Shown here: positions 1 to 9,848 of the stretch, piece by piece
Layout: every line of letters starts with the position of its first letter
Numbering within the stretch: the first letter of the stretch is position 1
NCBI GenBank assembly: GCA_965261975.1
Contig: CBDHEC010000003.1
Span: 62,142-126,141 of the forward strand
Direction of reading: 5' to 3'
Length of the DNA stretch: 64,000 nucleotides
Source: Alphaproteobacteria bacterium
GTDB lineage: Bacteria > Pseudomonadota > Alphaproteobacteria > UBA6615
Notes under the pieces: model-generated
What the model was told of the DNA's origin: nothing
The model's database searches: none
The model's input: the letters and a program-made list of their open reading frames with translations, nothing else
Translations under genes and position numbers: made by a program

Positions 1-786
1 CACGTCGGGGCCGAGATTCTCGACGATCCATTTACTCATCGCCGCCAGTTCCGCCGGGTCGTCATTCTGGCCCGGGATGATCAGGTTGGTGATCTCCAGC
101 CAGCAGTCGGTTTCGTGCTTGATATAGACCAGCGTGTCGAGCACATCGGCGAGTGAGGCGGTACAGAGCTCCTGGTAGAAGGCCTCCGTGAAGCCCTTCA
201 GGTCAACATTGGCCGCGTCCATCTGTCGGAAGAACTCCTTGCGCGGCTCCGGCGAGATATAGCCCGCCGTGACGGCCACCGTGCGCACCCCCACGTCGCG
301 GCAGGCCTCGGCCACGTCGACGGCATATTCCAGAAAGATCACCGGGTCGTTGTAGGTGAAGGCGACCGAGCGGCAGCCATGCTCGGCCGCCGCTTTCGCG
401 ATCGCCTCGGGCATCGCCTGATCGGCCAGCGTGTCGAACTCCCGGCTCTTGGAGATATCCCAGTTCTGGCAGAACTTGCAGGTCAGGTTGCAGCCCGCCG
501 TGCCGAAGCTGAGAACGGGCGTGCCCGGCAGGAAATGGTTGAGCGGCTTCTTCTCGATCGGATCGATGCAGTAGCCCGAGGACCGGCCATAGGTCGTGAG
601 CACGATTCCGTCGTCCTGGCGGGCGCGCACGAAGCACAGGCCGCGCTGGCCCTCGTTCAGCTTGCACAAACGCGGGCACAGATCGCACTGGATGCGCCCG
701 TCGTCGAGCGCCTGCCAGTATCGGCCGGGGAAATCGCCACGGGCACTTCCGGATTCCGGTATCTGCTGGTCAGTTCCATCGGCCAT
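1..786 (-). CDS. amrS: AmmeMemoRadiSam system radical SAM enzyme (3' end runs off the window)
   Basis: Manual translation from ATG at 786: MADGTDQQ...YWQALDDGRIQCDLCPRLCKL...DPIEKKPLNHFLPG...GTAGCNLTCKFCQNWDIS (CxxxCxxC)...FTYNDP...NVDLKGF; open to position 1. Absent from the ORF track because there is no stop in the window. Confidence 0.9.
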   Translation of the reverse strand, partial: MADGTDQQIPESGSARGDFPGRYWQALDDGRIQCDLCPRLCKLNEGQRGLCFVRARQDDGIVLTTYGRSSGYCIDPIEKKPLNHFLPGTPVLSFGTAGCNLTCKFCQNWDISKSREFDTLADQAMPEAIAKAAAEHGCRSVAFTYNDPVIFLEYAVDVAEACRDVGVRTVAVTAGYISPEPRKEFFRQMDAANVDLKGFTEAFYQELCTASLADVLDTLVYIKHETDCWLEITNLIIPGQNDDPAELAAMSKWIVENLGPDV

Positions 787-902
787 CGCGGGCGAAGAAT
801 AACAGAGTATTTGCCCCGGGGGGCTTGGTCTGGGCGGATCAAGTCGCATATCATTCCGGGCAACAACGTTCCGACATTTTTCAGACATGCAAAGGACGTC
901 CC

Positions 903-3236
903 ATGGGCCAATTCGGCATCGGTCAATCGGTCACGCGCATCGAAGATCTCCGCCTGCTGACCGGCGGCGGCACCTATACCGACGATGTGCAGCTCGAGGG
1001 CGAGAGTCACGCCTTCATCCTTCGCTCGCCCCACGCCCACGCGGCGATCAAGGATATCGACACGGGCGCGGCCAAGGCCGCGCCGGGCGTGCTGGCCGTG
1101 CTGACCGGCGCGGACATCGCGGCCGACGAGATCAAGCCCCTGCCCAACATGTTCCCGGTGGAAAGCCTGGACGGCACCGAGCGGCCCGAGACCTATCGCC
1201 CGCTGCTGGCCCAGGAGCGCGTCCGCTATGTGGGCGACCCGGTCGCCCTGGTGGTCGCCGACACGCTGGCGCAGGCCCGCGACGCGGCCGAGCTCATCGA
1301 GGTCGACTACGACGTGCTGGCGTCGGTCACCGACACCTACAAGGCAGCCCAGCCGGGCGCGCCGCTGGTCCACGATCACATCGAGGGAAATCTCAGCTTC
1401 GACTGGGGCAAGGGCGACAAGGATGCGACCGAGGCCGCCTTCGCCAAGGCCGACCATGTGACGGTGCTCGACCTGGTGAACAACCGGGTGGTGGTGAACC
1501 CGATGGAGCCGCGCGCGGCCATCGGCGCCTATGACGCCGGGGAGGACCGCTACACCCTCTACACCCCGACCCAAGGTACCCATGTTCTGCGCGGTGCCGT
1601 GTCCGCAATTCTGGGGATCGAGGGCGAGCAGCTGCGCGTGATCACCGGCGATGTGGGCGGCGGCTTCGGCATGAAGATTTTCCCCCACCCCGAACAGCCC
1701 ATGGTCGTGTGGGCGGCAAAGAAGGTCGGCCGGCCGGTCCGCTGGACCAGCGACCGCTCCGAGGGCTTCGTCTCCGACATTCAGGGCCGCGATCACGTGA
1801 CCCGCGCCGAGGTGGCGACCGACAAGGACGGCAAGTTCCTGGCGCTCCGCGTCACGACCTGGGCCGCGCTCGGTTCATACCTGTCCCACTTCGGAACCTA
1901 CATCCCCACCGAGGCCGGCACCGGCATGCTGAACGGTCTCTACGCCTTCCCCGCTGCCTGGGCGAATGTGAAGGGGGTGATGACCAACACCGTACCGACG
2001 GACGCCTATCGGGGCGCGGGCCGGCCCGAGGCGATCTACTGCGTCGAGCGACTGGTCGACAAATGTGCCCGCGAGCTGGGCCTCTCGCCCGACGAGATCC
2101 GGCGCCGCAACTTCATCGCACCCGACCAGCTGCCGTTCACCACGGTGCTCGGCGACGCGTATGACAGCGGCGAATTCACCGCGATCATGGAAGACGGCAT
2201 GACCAAGGCCGACTGGGACGGATTCGCGGCGCGCAAGGCGGAAAGCGCCGCGCGCGGCAAGCTGCGGGGCATCGGCATGTCGACCTATGTCGAGAAGTGC
2301 GGCGGCGGCAATCCCGAGGAGGCCGACGTCCGGATCGACCCCGACAGCGAGACGATCACCTTCTACATCGGCACCATGTCCAACGGGCAGGGCCACGACA
2401 CCTCCTACAAGCAGATCATGTCGGACCGGCTGGGTATCGACACCGACCATATGGTCATGGTCCAGGGCGACAGCGACGTGGTGCCCCCGGGGCTGACCGG
2501 CGGCTCGCGCTCGGTCACGGTCGGCGGCGTCGCGGTCGCCAAGGCCTCGGAAGCGATCATCGAGAAGGGCCGCCAGGTGGCCGCCAACGTAATGGAGGCC
2601 GCGGACGCGGACATCGAGTATGCCGACGGCAGCTTCCGAATTGCGGGCACCGACCGGGCGATGAGCCTGTTCGAGGTGGCCAAGGCCGCCCACGACCGGG
2701 CGAACCTGCCCGAAGACGAGGAACCGGGCCTGGACACCAAGGCGAGCCAGGCGCCCGAGGCTGCGACCTACCCCAACGGTTGTCATATCTGTGAGGTCGA
2801 GGTGGACCCGGAGACCGGCCAGGTCGAAATCACACGCTACACCGCGGTCGACGACTTCGGCGACGCGATCAACCCGCTGCTGATTGCCGGTCAGGTCCAT
2901 GGCGGCGTGGTCCAGGGGGTCGGTCAGGCGCTGCAGGAACACACGGTCTATGACGATGAATCCGGCCAGCTCGTCTCCGGCTCGTTCATGGACTACCAGC
3001 TGCCGCGCGCAGACGACCTGCCGTTCTTCGAGTTCTCGATGCGTAACACGCGCTGCGTGACCAATCCGCTGGGTATCAAGGGCACCGGCGAAGCCGGCGC
3101 GATCGCGGCCTGTCCGGCCGTGATCAACGCCCTGGTCGACGCATTTTCGGAAGATGGCCGACCCGTCGAAATCGACATGCCGGCAACACCCGATGTCATC
3201 TGGGCGCTCGCCAACAGGCCATTGGCTGCCGAATAA
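903..3236 (+). CDS. Xanthine dehydrogenase-family molybdopterin-binding subunit (form II CoxL-like)
   Basis: AAGGA RBS before ATG 903; motifs VGGGFGMK, AYRGAGR (form II type, not AYxCSFR), GQVHGGVVQGVGQAL, GIKGTGEAG. Confidence 0.9.
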   Translation: MGQFGIGQSVTRIEDLRLLTGGGTYTDDVQLEGESHAFILRSPHAHAAIKDIDTGAAKAAPGVLAVLTGADIAADEIKPLPNMFPVESLDGTERPETYRPLLAQERVRYVGDPVALVVADTLAQARDAAELIEVDYDVLASVTDTYKAAQPGAPLVHDHIEGNLSFDWGKGDKDATEAAFAKADHVTVLDLVNNRVVVNPMEPRAAIGAYDAGEDRYTLYTPTQGTHVLRGAVSAILGIEGEQLRVITGDVGGGFGMKIFPHPEQPMVVWAAKKVGRPVRWTSDRSEGFVSDIQGRDHVTRAEVATDKDGKFLALRVTTWAALGSYLSHFGTYIPTEAGTGMLNGLYAFPAAWANVKGVMTNTVPTDAYRGAGRPEAIYCVERLVDKCARELGLSPDEIRRRNFIAPDQLPFTTVLGDAYDSGEFTAIMEDGMTKADWDGFAARKAESAARGKLRGIGMSTYVEKCGGGNPEEADVRIDPDSETITFYIGTMSNGQGHDTSYKQIMSDRLGIDTDHMVMVQGDSDVVPPGLTGGSRSVTVGGVAVAKASEAIIEKGRQVAANVMEAADADIEYADGSFRIAGTDRAMSLFEVAKAAHDRANLPEDEEPGLDTKASQAPEAATYPNGCHICEVEVDPETGQVEITRYTAVDDFGDAINPLLIAGQVHGGVVQGVGQALQEHTVYDDESGQLVSGSFMDYQLPRADDLPFFEFSMRNTRCVTNPLGIKGTGEAGAIAACPAVINALVDAFSEDGRPVEIDMPATPDVIWALANRPLAAE

Positions 3237-3260
3237 CACCGAACACCGGAAAGACAGATC

Positions 3261-4034
3261 ATGACAATTGACCCGGCGGCCCTGATCCCGGCGGTTCGCG
3301 ACCTCGCCTACGCCGCGGGAGAGGCGATCCTCGATATCTATGGCACTGATTTCGACAGCACCCGCAAGGATGACGGCTCTCCCCTGACTCTGGCGGACAC
3401 CGCTTCGGAAAGCGTGATCGTGCCAGGATTGCGCGCGCTGACTCCCGAGATTCCTGTGATTTCCGAAGAAGAGCACGCAAATGGCGAGAGCCCGACCGAT
3501 ATCGGCGATCGCTTTTGGCTGGTCGACCCGCTGGACGGAACGCGGGAATTCCTCAAGCGCAATGACGAGTTCACGGTCAATATCGGCCTGGTGGACGCCG
3601 GCGTACCCCGGGTCGGCATCCTCTACGCCCCTGCCCTCGACCTGATGTACGCGGGGGCGACGGGCGAAGGGGCGACCCTCATCGAAGAGCGCGGCGACGA
3701 ACGTGCCATCGCGTGTCGCGCCATTCCCGACGAAGGCATGGATGTACTGGTCAGCCGGTCGCATGCGGTCAACGATCGCCTGGAGGAATATCTGGCCGAT
3801 ATGGATGTTCGCAACCGGGTCCCCCAGGGCAGTGCTCTGAAATTCGGCCGCCTGGCCGCGGGTGAGGCCGACATCTACCCGCGCTTCGGCCCGACCTGCG
3901 AATGGGACACGGGCGCAGGGCATGCCATCGTCCTTGCCGCCGGTGGATCGCTCGAAACGTTTGATGGCACCCCCCTGGCCTACAGCAAGCCCAAATACCT
4001 CAATCCGGGCTTCGTGGCGTTCGGCCGCCGCTAG
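3261..4034 (+). CDS. cysQ: 3'(2'),5'-bisphosphate nucleotidase CysQ
   Basis: K-x-D-x-SPLTLAD, ISEE, WLVDPLDGTREF, EFTVNIGL, GSALKF, YPRFGPTCEWDTGAG motifs. Confidence 0.92.
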   Translation: MTIDPAALIPAVRDLAYAAGEAILDIYGTDFDSTRKDDGSPLTLADTASESVIVPGLRALTPEIPVISEEEHANGESPTDIGDRFWLVDPLDGTREFLKRNDEFTVNIGLVDAGVPRVGILYAPALDLMYAGATGEGATLIEERGDERAIACRAIPDEGMDVLVSRSHAVNDRLEEYLADMDVRNRVPQGSALKFGRLAAGEADIYPRFGPTCEWDTGAGHAIVLAAGGSLETFDGTPLAYSKPKYLNPGFVAFGRR

Positions 4035-4046
4035 GCGATCGTTGTC

Positions 4047-5012
4047 GTGGCCCCTATCGAAACGGCAAGCGACGATGCGCTGGCCAACGCATCAAGCATT
4101 CTGCGGCGGGGCGGCCTGGTCGCGTTCCCGACCGAGACCGTCTACGGGCTCGGTGCGGATGCGCGCAACGATGACGCGGTCGCGCGCATTTTTGCCGCCA
4201 AGGAACGGCCCAGTTTCAACCCGCTGATCGTGCATGTCGCGGATCTGGCCGCGGCAGAGGCGCTGGGCGATTTCGACGATCACGCCCGCGCTCTGGCGGA
4301 TGAATTCTGGCCCGGCCCCCTCAGTCTCGTTCTGCCGCGGCGCGCGGACTCCGGCCTGTCGCTGCTGGTCAGCGCCGGCCTCGATACCGTGGCGCTGCGC
4401 GCACCCGCCCATCCGCTTTCCCGGAGATTGCTGACGCTTTTCGACGGCCCCATCGCCGCGCCGAGCGCCAATCATGCGGGCGAAGTGAGCCCCACGACGG
4501 CGGCCCATGTACACGACTCTCTCGGCGACGCCGCCGACCTGATCGTCGATGGCGGGGCCTGCTCGGTCGGGCTTGAATCGACCGTGGTCGACCTGTGCGG
4601 CGCGCGTCCCGCGATCCTGCGCCATGGCGCGGTCACCCGCGAGCAACTCGAGGCCTTTCTCGGCACCATCGACGACGCCAGCGTCCCCGAAACGGGCGCC
4701 GCGCCGCGCTCACCGGGGCAGATCGCCAGACATTACGCGCCCAGGATACCCATACGGATCAATGTGACGGACCCGCGACCCGACGAGGCATTTGCCGCAT
4801 TCGGGACGCCCGGCACGCACGAGGTCGCGGCCATGCTCAATCTCAGCCCGTCCGGCGACCCGGTAGAGGCTGCGGCCCGGCTTTTTGCAACCCTGCGTGA
4901 ACTCGACAGGCCGGAATATGCCGGCATCGCCGTGGCACCGGTGCCGGATAGCGCCATCGGACGGGCGATCAACGACCGGTTACGGCGCGCGGTTGCCGCG
5001 CATACCCGGTGA
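4047..5012 (+). CDS. sua5: L-threonylcarbamoyladenylate synthase, Sua5 type (YrdC + SUA5 domains)
   Basis: VAFPTETVYGLGADA, KERPSFNPLIVH, APSAN, GLESTVVD, SPGQ...HYAP, INDRLRRA; GTG start. Confidence 0.92.
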   Translation: MAPIETASDDALANASSILRRGGLVAFPTETVYGLGADARNDDAVARIFAAKERPSFNPLIVHVADLAAAEALGDFDDHARALADEFWPGPLSLVLPRRADSGLSLLVSAGLDTVALRAPAHPLSRRLLTLFDGPIAAPSANHAGEVSPTTAAHVHDSLGDAADLIVDGGACSVGLESTVVDLCGARPAILRHGAVTREQLEAFLGTIDDASVPETGAAPRSPGQIARHYAPRIPIRINVTDPRPDEAFAAFGTPGTHEVAAMLNLSPSGDPVEAAARLFATLRELDRPEYAGIAVAPVPDSAIGRAINDRLRRAVAAHTR

Positions 5013-5061
5013 GACATAGCCACAGCGCGTATTGCCCCCATCAAACGGGAGCGTTACATCA

Positions 5062-6501
5062 ATGGGCATGAACAAGCTCACCCCCGCACAGCCGAACGGG
5101 CTGCCCGAGAGCCTGCTGGCGCGGCTAGCCGAAATTGTCGGTGATGCCGGGCTGGTGACCGATGTCTCGGATATGGAACCCTACATCGCCGAACAACGCG
5201 GCCTTTTCCGCGGCGAGACCCCCTGCGTTGTGCGACCGGCGTCGACAATCGAGGTCTCTCAGGTCGTCGCGGCCTGCCACGAAGTGAACATCCCGATCGT
5301 CCCCCAGGGGGGCAATACCGGCCTGTGCGGCGGCGCGGTCGCCTCGGGCGAAGTCATCCTCAGTCTCGCGCGCATGAACAATGTCCGCGAGATCGACCCG
5401 GTGAACTTCACCATGACCGTGGATTCGGGCTGCGTGCTGGCGAGCCTGCAGGACGCCGCCGAGGAACATGACCGGCTGTTCCCGCTCAGCCTCGGCGCCG
5501 AGGGGTCGTGCCAGATCGGCGGCAACCTCTCGACGAATGCCGGCGGCACGGCCGTGATCCGTTACGGCAACACCCGCGAACTTACCCTCGGCCTCGAGGT
5601 GGTCCTGCCCGACGGCCAGATTTGGGACGGACTGACCGGCCTGCGCAAGAACAATACCGGCTACGACCTGAAGCATCTGTTCATCGGCGCCGAGGGCACG
5701 CTGGGGATCATTACCGGCGCGGTCGTGAAACTGTTCCCGCGGCCGCGGGTGCGCAGCACGGCCTTCATCGCACTCCGCGAGCTCGAGGACGTGCTCGAGG
5801 TACTCGGACGGGCCCGCAAGGCGAGCGGCGACACGGTTTCGGGCTTCGAGCTCATCCCCCGCATCTGCATCGACATCTCGATCCGCCACACCGAGGGGAC
5901 ATTCGAGTTCCTCGAGGGCAGGCATGAATGGTATGCGCTGATCGAGTTCGAGAGCAGCGAGGAAAGCCTGGACCTCGGCGCCGCGATGGAGGGTTTCCTG
6001 GCCGCCGCCTATGAAGACGGGCTGGTGGTCGACGCCACCATCGCCCAGTCGGATGCCCAGCGCGAACAGTTCTGGTTCCTGCGCGAGGCCATGGTCCTGT
6101 CCCAGAAGCCCGAGGGTGCGAGCATCAAGAACGACGTCTCGGTGCCCATCTCGAAGGTGCCGCAATTCATTCGCGAGGCCGACGCCGCCGTCACCGAGAT
6201 GTATCCGGGGATACGCCCGCTGGCCTTCGGCCATGTGGGCGACGGCAACGTGCACTACAATCTGTCGCAACCGGTGGATGGCGACCCGCAGGAATTTCTC
6301 GACCGCTGGGACGAGATCACCGGCCGGGTGGCTGACATCGCCCTGTCCATGCGCGGCAGCTTTTCCGCCGAGCATGGTATCGGCAAGCTCAAGGTTCACG
6401 ACCTCGCCGAACGTAAGCCGGCCGTGGAACTGGACATGATGCGCATGATCAAGAAAACGCTCGACCCCAAGGGCCTGATGAACCCCGGAAAGGTCCTGTA
6501 A
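5062..6501 (+). CDS. FAD-binding oxidoreductase (D-2-hydroxyacid/D-2-hydroxyglutarate dehydrogenase, GlcD-like)
   Basis: PQGGNTGLCGGA, CQIGGNLSTNAGG, RKNNTGYDLKHLFIGAEGTLG, FGHVGDGNVHYN, SAEHGIG, LMNPGKVL. Start ATG 5062 or 5068. Confidence 0.88.
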   Translation: MGMNKLTPAQPNGLPESLLARLAEIVGDAGLVTDVSDMEPYIAEQRGLFRGETPCVVRPASTIEVSQVVAACHEVNIPIVPQGGNTGLCGGAVASGEVILSLARMNNVREIDPVNFTMTVDSGCVLASLQDAAEEHDRLFPLSLGAEGSCQIGGNLSTNAGGTAVIRYGNTRELTLGLEVVLPDGQIWDGLTGLRKNNTGYDLKHLFIGAEGTLGIITGAVVKLFPRPRVRSTAFIALRELEDVLEVLGRARKASGDTVSGFELIPRICIDISIRHTEGTFEFLEGRHEWYALIEFESSEESLDLGAAMEGFLAAAYEDGLVVDATIAQSDAQREQFWFLREAMVLSQKPEGASIKNDVSVPISKVPQFIREADAAVTEMYPGIRPLAFGHVGDGNVHYNLSQPVDGDPQEFLDRWDEITGRVADIALSMRGSFSAEHGIGKLKVHDLAERKPAVELDMMRMIKKTLDPKGLMNPGKVL

Positions 6502-6528
6502 GGGCCACACGACAGAACAGGAGAGGTT

Positions 6529-8307
6529 ATGTCCGACTACAACGCGCCCGTGCAGGACATGCAGTTCATTCTAGAAAATCTGTGCGACATGGACGGATTG
6601 CGCACTCTCCCGGCGTTCGCCGAAACAACCAGCGACCTTGTCGAGCAAATCCTCAACGAGTCCGCACGATTTACCGGCGAAGTGGTCGCCCCCCTGAACC
6701 AGTCCGGCGACCAGCAGACATCGACCCTTTCGGGCAGCGATGTGACGACCCCCGACGGTTTCAAGGAAGCCTATCAGGCCTTCGTCGAGGGCGGCTGGAA
6801 CGGCACGCCGTTCGAGCCCGAGCATGGCGGCATGGGCCTGCCCTGGACCATCACCACGGCGCTGCAGGAGATGTGGCAGTCGTCGAACCTCGCCTGGTCC
6901 CTGTGTCCTTTGCTGACCATCGGCGCGATCGAGTCCGTGATCGCCCACGGCGCGCCGGAACTGAAAGAAAAATTCCTCGAGAAACTCGTGTCCGGCGAAT
7001 GGACCGGCACGATGAACCTAACCGAACCCCAGGCCGGCACCGACCTCAGCCTGCTCAAGTCGCGTGCCGAACGCGAGGATGACCATTACCGGATCAAGGG
7101 CACAAAGATCTTCATCACCTATGGCGATCAGGACTTTACCGACAACATCATCCATCTCGTGCTGGCCCGCCTGCCCGATGCACCACCGGGCGTGAAGGGC
7201 ATCAGCCTCTTCCTGGTACCCAAGTTCCTGGTCAACGAGGACGGCACACTGGGCGAACGCAACGACGCACATGTCGTGAGCCTCGAACACAAGCTGGGCA
7301 TCCATGCGAGCCCGACCTGCGTCATGGCCTATGGCGAGAACGGCGACGGCGCGGTCGGATACCTGATCGGCGAGGAACATGACGGCCTGCGCTGCATGTT
7401 CACGATGATGAACAATGCGCGCCTGAATGTCGGCCTTCAGGGGGTGGCCGTCGCGGAGCGCGCCTATCAGCACGCCGTGACCTATGCCCGCGAGCGGGTA
7501 CAGTCGGCGCCGGTCGAGAGTGGCGGCGAATCCGTGACCATCATCCAGCACCCGGACGTGCGGCGCATGCTGATGTCCATGCGATCCCAGACCGAAGCCA
7601 TGCGGGCGTTGGCCTATTACACGAATTCCGCGCTTGACCGTTCACGCCATCACGAGGACCCCGAGACGCGCGGCTACAACCAGCGGCGGACCGATTTGCT
7701 GACCCCGGTGGTCAAGGCCTGGTGTACCGACCTCGGCGTCGATATCGCCTCCACCGGCGTGCAGGTGCATGGCGGCATGGGCTTCATCGAGGAAACGGGC
7801 GCGGCGCAGTATTTCCGCGATTCACGCATCGCCCCGATCTACGAAGGCACCAATGGCATCCAGGCCATCGACCTTCTGGGGCGCAAACTGATGCGCGACG
7901 GCGGGGCGGCAATGGAGGAACTCCTCGACGAAATCGACGATCTTCCGGATTCGGAGGACCCGGAAATCGCAGCCATGATCGCCGAACAGAAGAACGCCAA
8001 CCGGGCGCTACGACATGCCACGGAATGGATGCTCGACCCCGCCAATAACGACGTGAACCGAAAGTTCGCCGGCGCTCATGCCTTCCTGCATCTGGCCGGC
8101 ACCGTCGTCGGCGGCTGGCTGATGACCCGCGCCGCCCTGGCCGCTGCAAACGGGGCCGCAGGCGGCGCCAGTCCGGAATTCCTGGATTCCAAACGGATCA
8201 CGGCGCGCTTCTATGCGGATCACATCCTGCCGCGCGGGAACATGCACCTTGAAACCATCACCAACGGCGGAGACTCGGTGATGGCGCTGGCGGAAGACGC
8301 CTTTTAG
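6529..8307 (+). CDS. Acyl-CoA dehydrogenase (long DmdC-like class)
   Basis: GGAGAG RBS; WTGTMNLTEPQAGTDL, GTKIFITYG, EHKLGIHASPT, QVHGGMGFIEETG, IYEGTNGIQA. Confidence 0.9.
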   Translation: MSDYNAPVQDMQFILENLCDMDGLRTLPAFAETTSDLVEQILNESARFTGEVVAPLNQSGDQQTSTLSGSDVTTPDGFKEAYQAFVEGGWNGTPFEPEHGGMGLPWTITTALQEMWQSSNLAWSLCPLLTIGAIESVIAHGAPELKEKFLEKLVSGEWTGTMNLTEPQAGTDLSLLKSRAEREDDHYRIKGTKIFITYGDQDFTDNIIHLVLARLPDAPPGVKGISLFLVPKFLVNEDGTLGERNDAHVVSLEHKLGIHASPTCVMAYGENGDGAVGYLIGEEHDGLRCMFTMMNNARLNVGLQGVAVAERAYQHAVTYARERVQSAPVESGGESVTIIQHPDVRRMLMSMRSQTEAMRALAYYTNSALDRSRHHEDPETRGYNQRRTDLLTPVVKAWCTDLGVDIASTGVQVHGGMGFIEETGAAQYFRDSRIAPIYEGTNGIQAIDLLGRKLMRDGGAAMEELLDEIDDLPDSEDPEIAAMIAEQKNANRALRHATEWMLDPANNDVNRKFAGAHAFLHLAGTVVGGWLMTRAALAAANGAAGGASPEFLDSKRITARFYADHILPRGNMHLETITNGGDSVMALAEDAF

Positions 8308-8325
8308 AGAAAAAAAGTCTCGCCC

Positions 8326-8341
8326 TGTGACAGTCGTCACA
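8326..8341. promoter_or_regulatory. CRP/Clr-family binding site TGTGA-N6-TCACA
   Basis: TGTGAcagtcgTCACA, 10/10 match to the CRP consensus, in the intergenic region upstream of speD and about 25 nt before a TTGACC hexamer (8367). Confidence 0.55.
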
Positions 8342-8409
8342 TCGCCGCATCGCGTCCCCGGATAGATTGACCTCATTGCTCCCTTACCCAGGAAGCAAGC
8401 CTCCCCTCA

Positions 8410-8550
8410 GGGGCGGTGGTCCGGCCAAGTCGGACCACCGCCCCACCCCCAATTTCCCTACATCGTCGCGACCCGATAGGCTGCCTGTCAGGCGGTGCGT
8501 TTTGGTGGTTGCACGACCCGAGAATTTCAATAAAAAGCACCGGCCCGACA
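8410..8550 (+). promoter_or_regulatory. Structured 5' leader of speD-speE (candidate cis-regulatory RNA)
   Basis: Perfect 14-bp hairpin 8410-8423/8431-8444; an imperfect long stem 8486-8503/8532-8550; an alternative pairing 8463-8473 with 8507-8516. Confidence 0.4.
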
Positions 8551-8574
8551 ATCGCCTGCAGGAGTTCCAATGGC

Positions 8575-8988
8575 ATGGCAAACAACGCGACAGCAGCCGT
8601 AGAACCGGTTGGACTTACCGACTATTTCGTCCAGGAAGACGGCGTCACATTTGCCGGCCGTCACATGCTGGTGGACCTGTGGGGGGCCGAAAACCTTACC
8701 GACATCGTCTATATCGAGCGGGCCCTGCGCGAGGCTGCAGACGCGGCAAAGGCGACGGTGCTAGCCGTCAAGCTTCATCAGTATTCGGATTCGGGCGGCG
8801 TGTCGGGTGTCGCGATCCTGGCCGAAAGCCATATCTCGATCCACACATGGCCCGAGCGCGATTATGCAGCCCTCGACATCTTCATGTGCGGCCAATGCAA
8901 CCCGCGTGATTCGCTACCAGTGCTGGAAACTGCCTTCGACGCGACCTCCGTCTCCGTGAACGAAATACGCCGGGGTGTTGTGGCTTGA
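8575..8988 (+). CDS. speD: S-adenosylmethionine decarboxylase proenzyme (class 1B, pyruvoyl)
   Basis: GRHMLVDLWG, GVSGVAILAE^SHISIHTWPE self-cleavage motif, ALDIFMCG; GGAG RBS; in-frame ATG 8575. Confidence 0.93.
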   Translation: MANNATAAVEPVGLTDYFVQEDGVTFAGRHMLVDLWGAENLTDIVYIERALREAADAAKATVLAVKLHQYSDSGGVSGVAILAESHISIHTWPERDYAALDIFMCGQCNPRDSLPVLETAFDATSVSVNEIRRGVVA

Positions 8989-9848
8989 GCGACAGGTGGG
9001 CCTGGTTTGACGAGCCGCTCGGCGTCGGCCTGCAACTGGGCGTGCAGATCGAGGACATTGTCTTCCGCGAAACCACCGAACATCAGGATCTGGTGATCTA
9101 TGAAACGATCCAATGGGGCCGCGTCATGGCCCTCGACGGCATCATGCAGGTCTGCGAGCGCGACGAGTTCATCTATCACGAGATGCTGACCCATGTGCCG
9201 ATGCTGGCGCATGGAAACGTCCGCAACGTCTGCATCATCGGTGGCGGCGACGGGGGCATATTGCGCGAGGCGCTGAAACACCCGGTGGACCAGGCGACCA
9301 TGGTCGAAATCGACGCGTCGGTCGTGGCCTTGTGCGCCGAGCACCTGCCCGGCATCTCGAACGGCGCATTCAACGATCCGCGCGCCGATATCGTGATCGC
9401 CGACGGCGCGAAGTTCATCGCCGAAACCGACCGCCTCTTCGACGTCATCATCGTCGACTCGACGGACCCGATCGGGCCGGGCGAAGTGCTGTTCACGTCT
9501 GAATTCTACGGACACTGCAAATCCCGGCTGACCGACGGCGGCGTCATCGTGACCCAGAGCGGTGTCGCGATGATCCAGGGCGACGAGCTGGCCACTACCG
9601 TGCGGCGTCTGGGCGAACATTTCGCCGATGCCGGTGCCTATATCGCGCCGGTACCGACCTATGTCGGCGGTTTCATGGCCTTCGGATGGGGTACGGACAA
9701 CCCTGACCTGCGCAAACCACCCGCCGGCGCGCTTGCCGAACGTTACAAACAGGCCGATATCCAGACCCAATACTACAATGCCGATCTGCACGTCGGGGCG
9801 TTCGCGCTGCCGACCTATATCGCTGAACATGTGGAGACCGCCCGATGA
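8985..9848 (+). CDS. speE: Spermidine synthase (polyamine aminopropyltransferase)
   Basis: DEFIYHEML, IIGGGDGG, MVEID, DVIIVDSTDPIGPG, VPTYVGG; TTG start overlaps the speD stop. Confidence 0.93.
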   Translation: MSDRWAWFDEPLGVGLQLGVQIEDIVFRETTEHQDLVIYETIQWGRVMALDGIMQVCERDEFIYHEMLTHVPMLAHGNVRNVCIIGGGDGGILREALKHPVDQATMVEIDASVVALCAEHLPGISNGAFNDPRADIVIADGAKFIAETDRLFDVIIVDSTDPIGPGEVLFTSEFYGHCKSRLTDGGVIVTQSGVAMIQGDELATTVRRLGEHFADAGAYIAPVPTYVGGFMAFGWGTDNPDLRKPPAGALAERYKQADIQTQYYNADLHVGAFALPTYIAEHVETAR

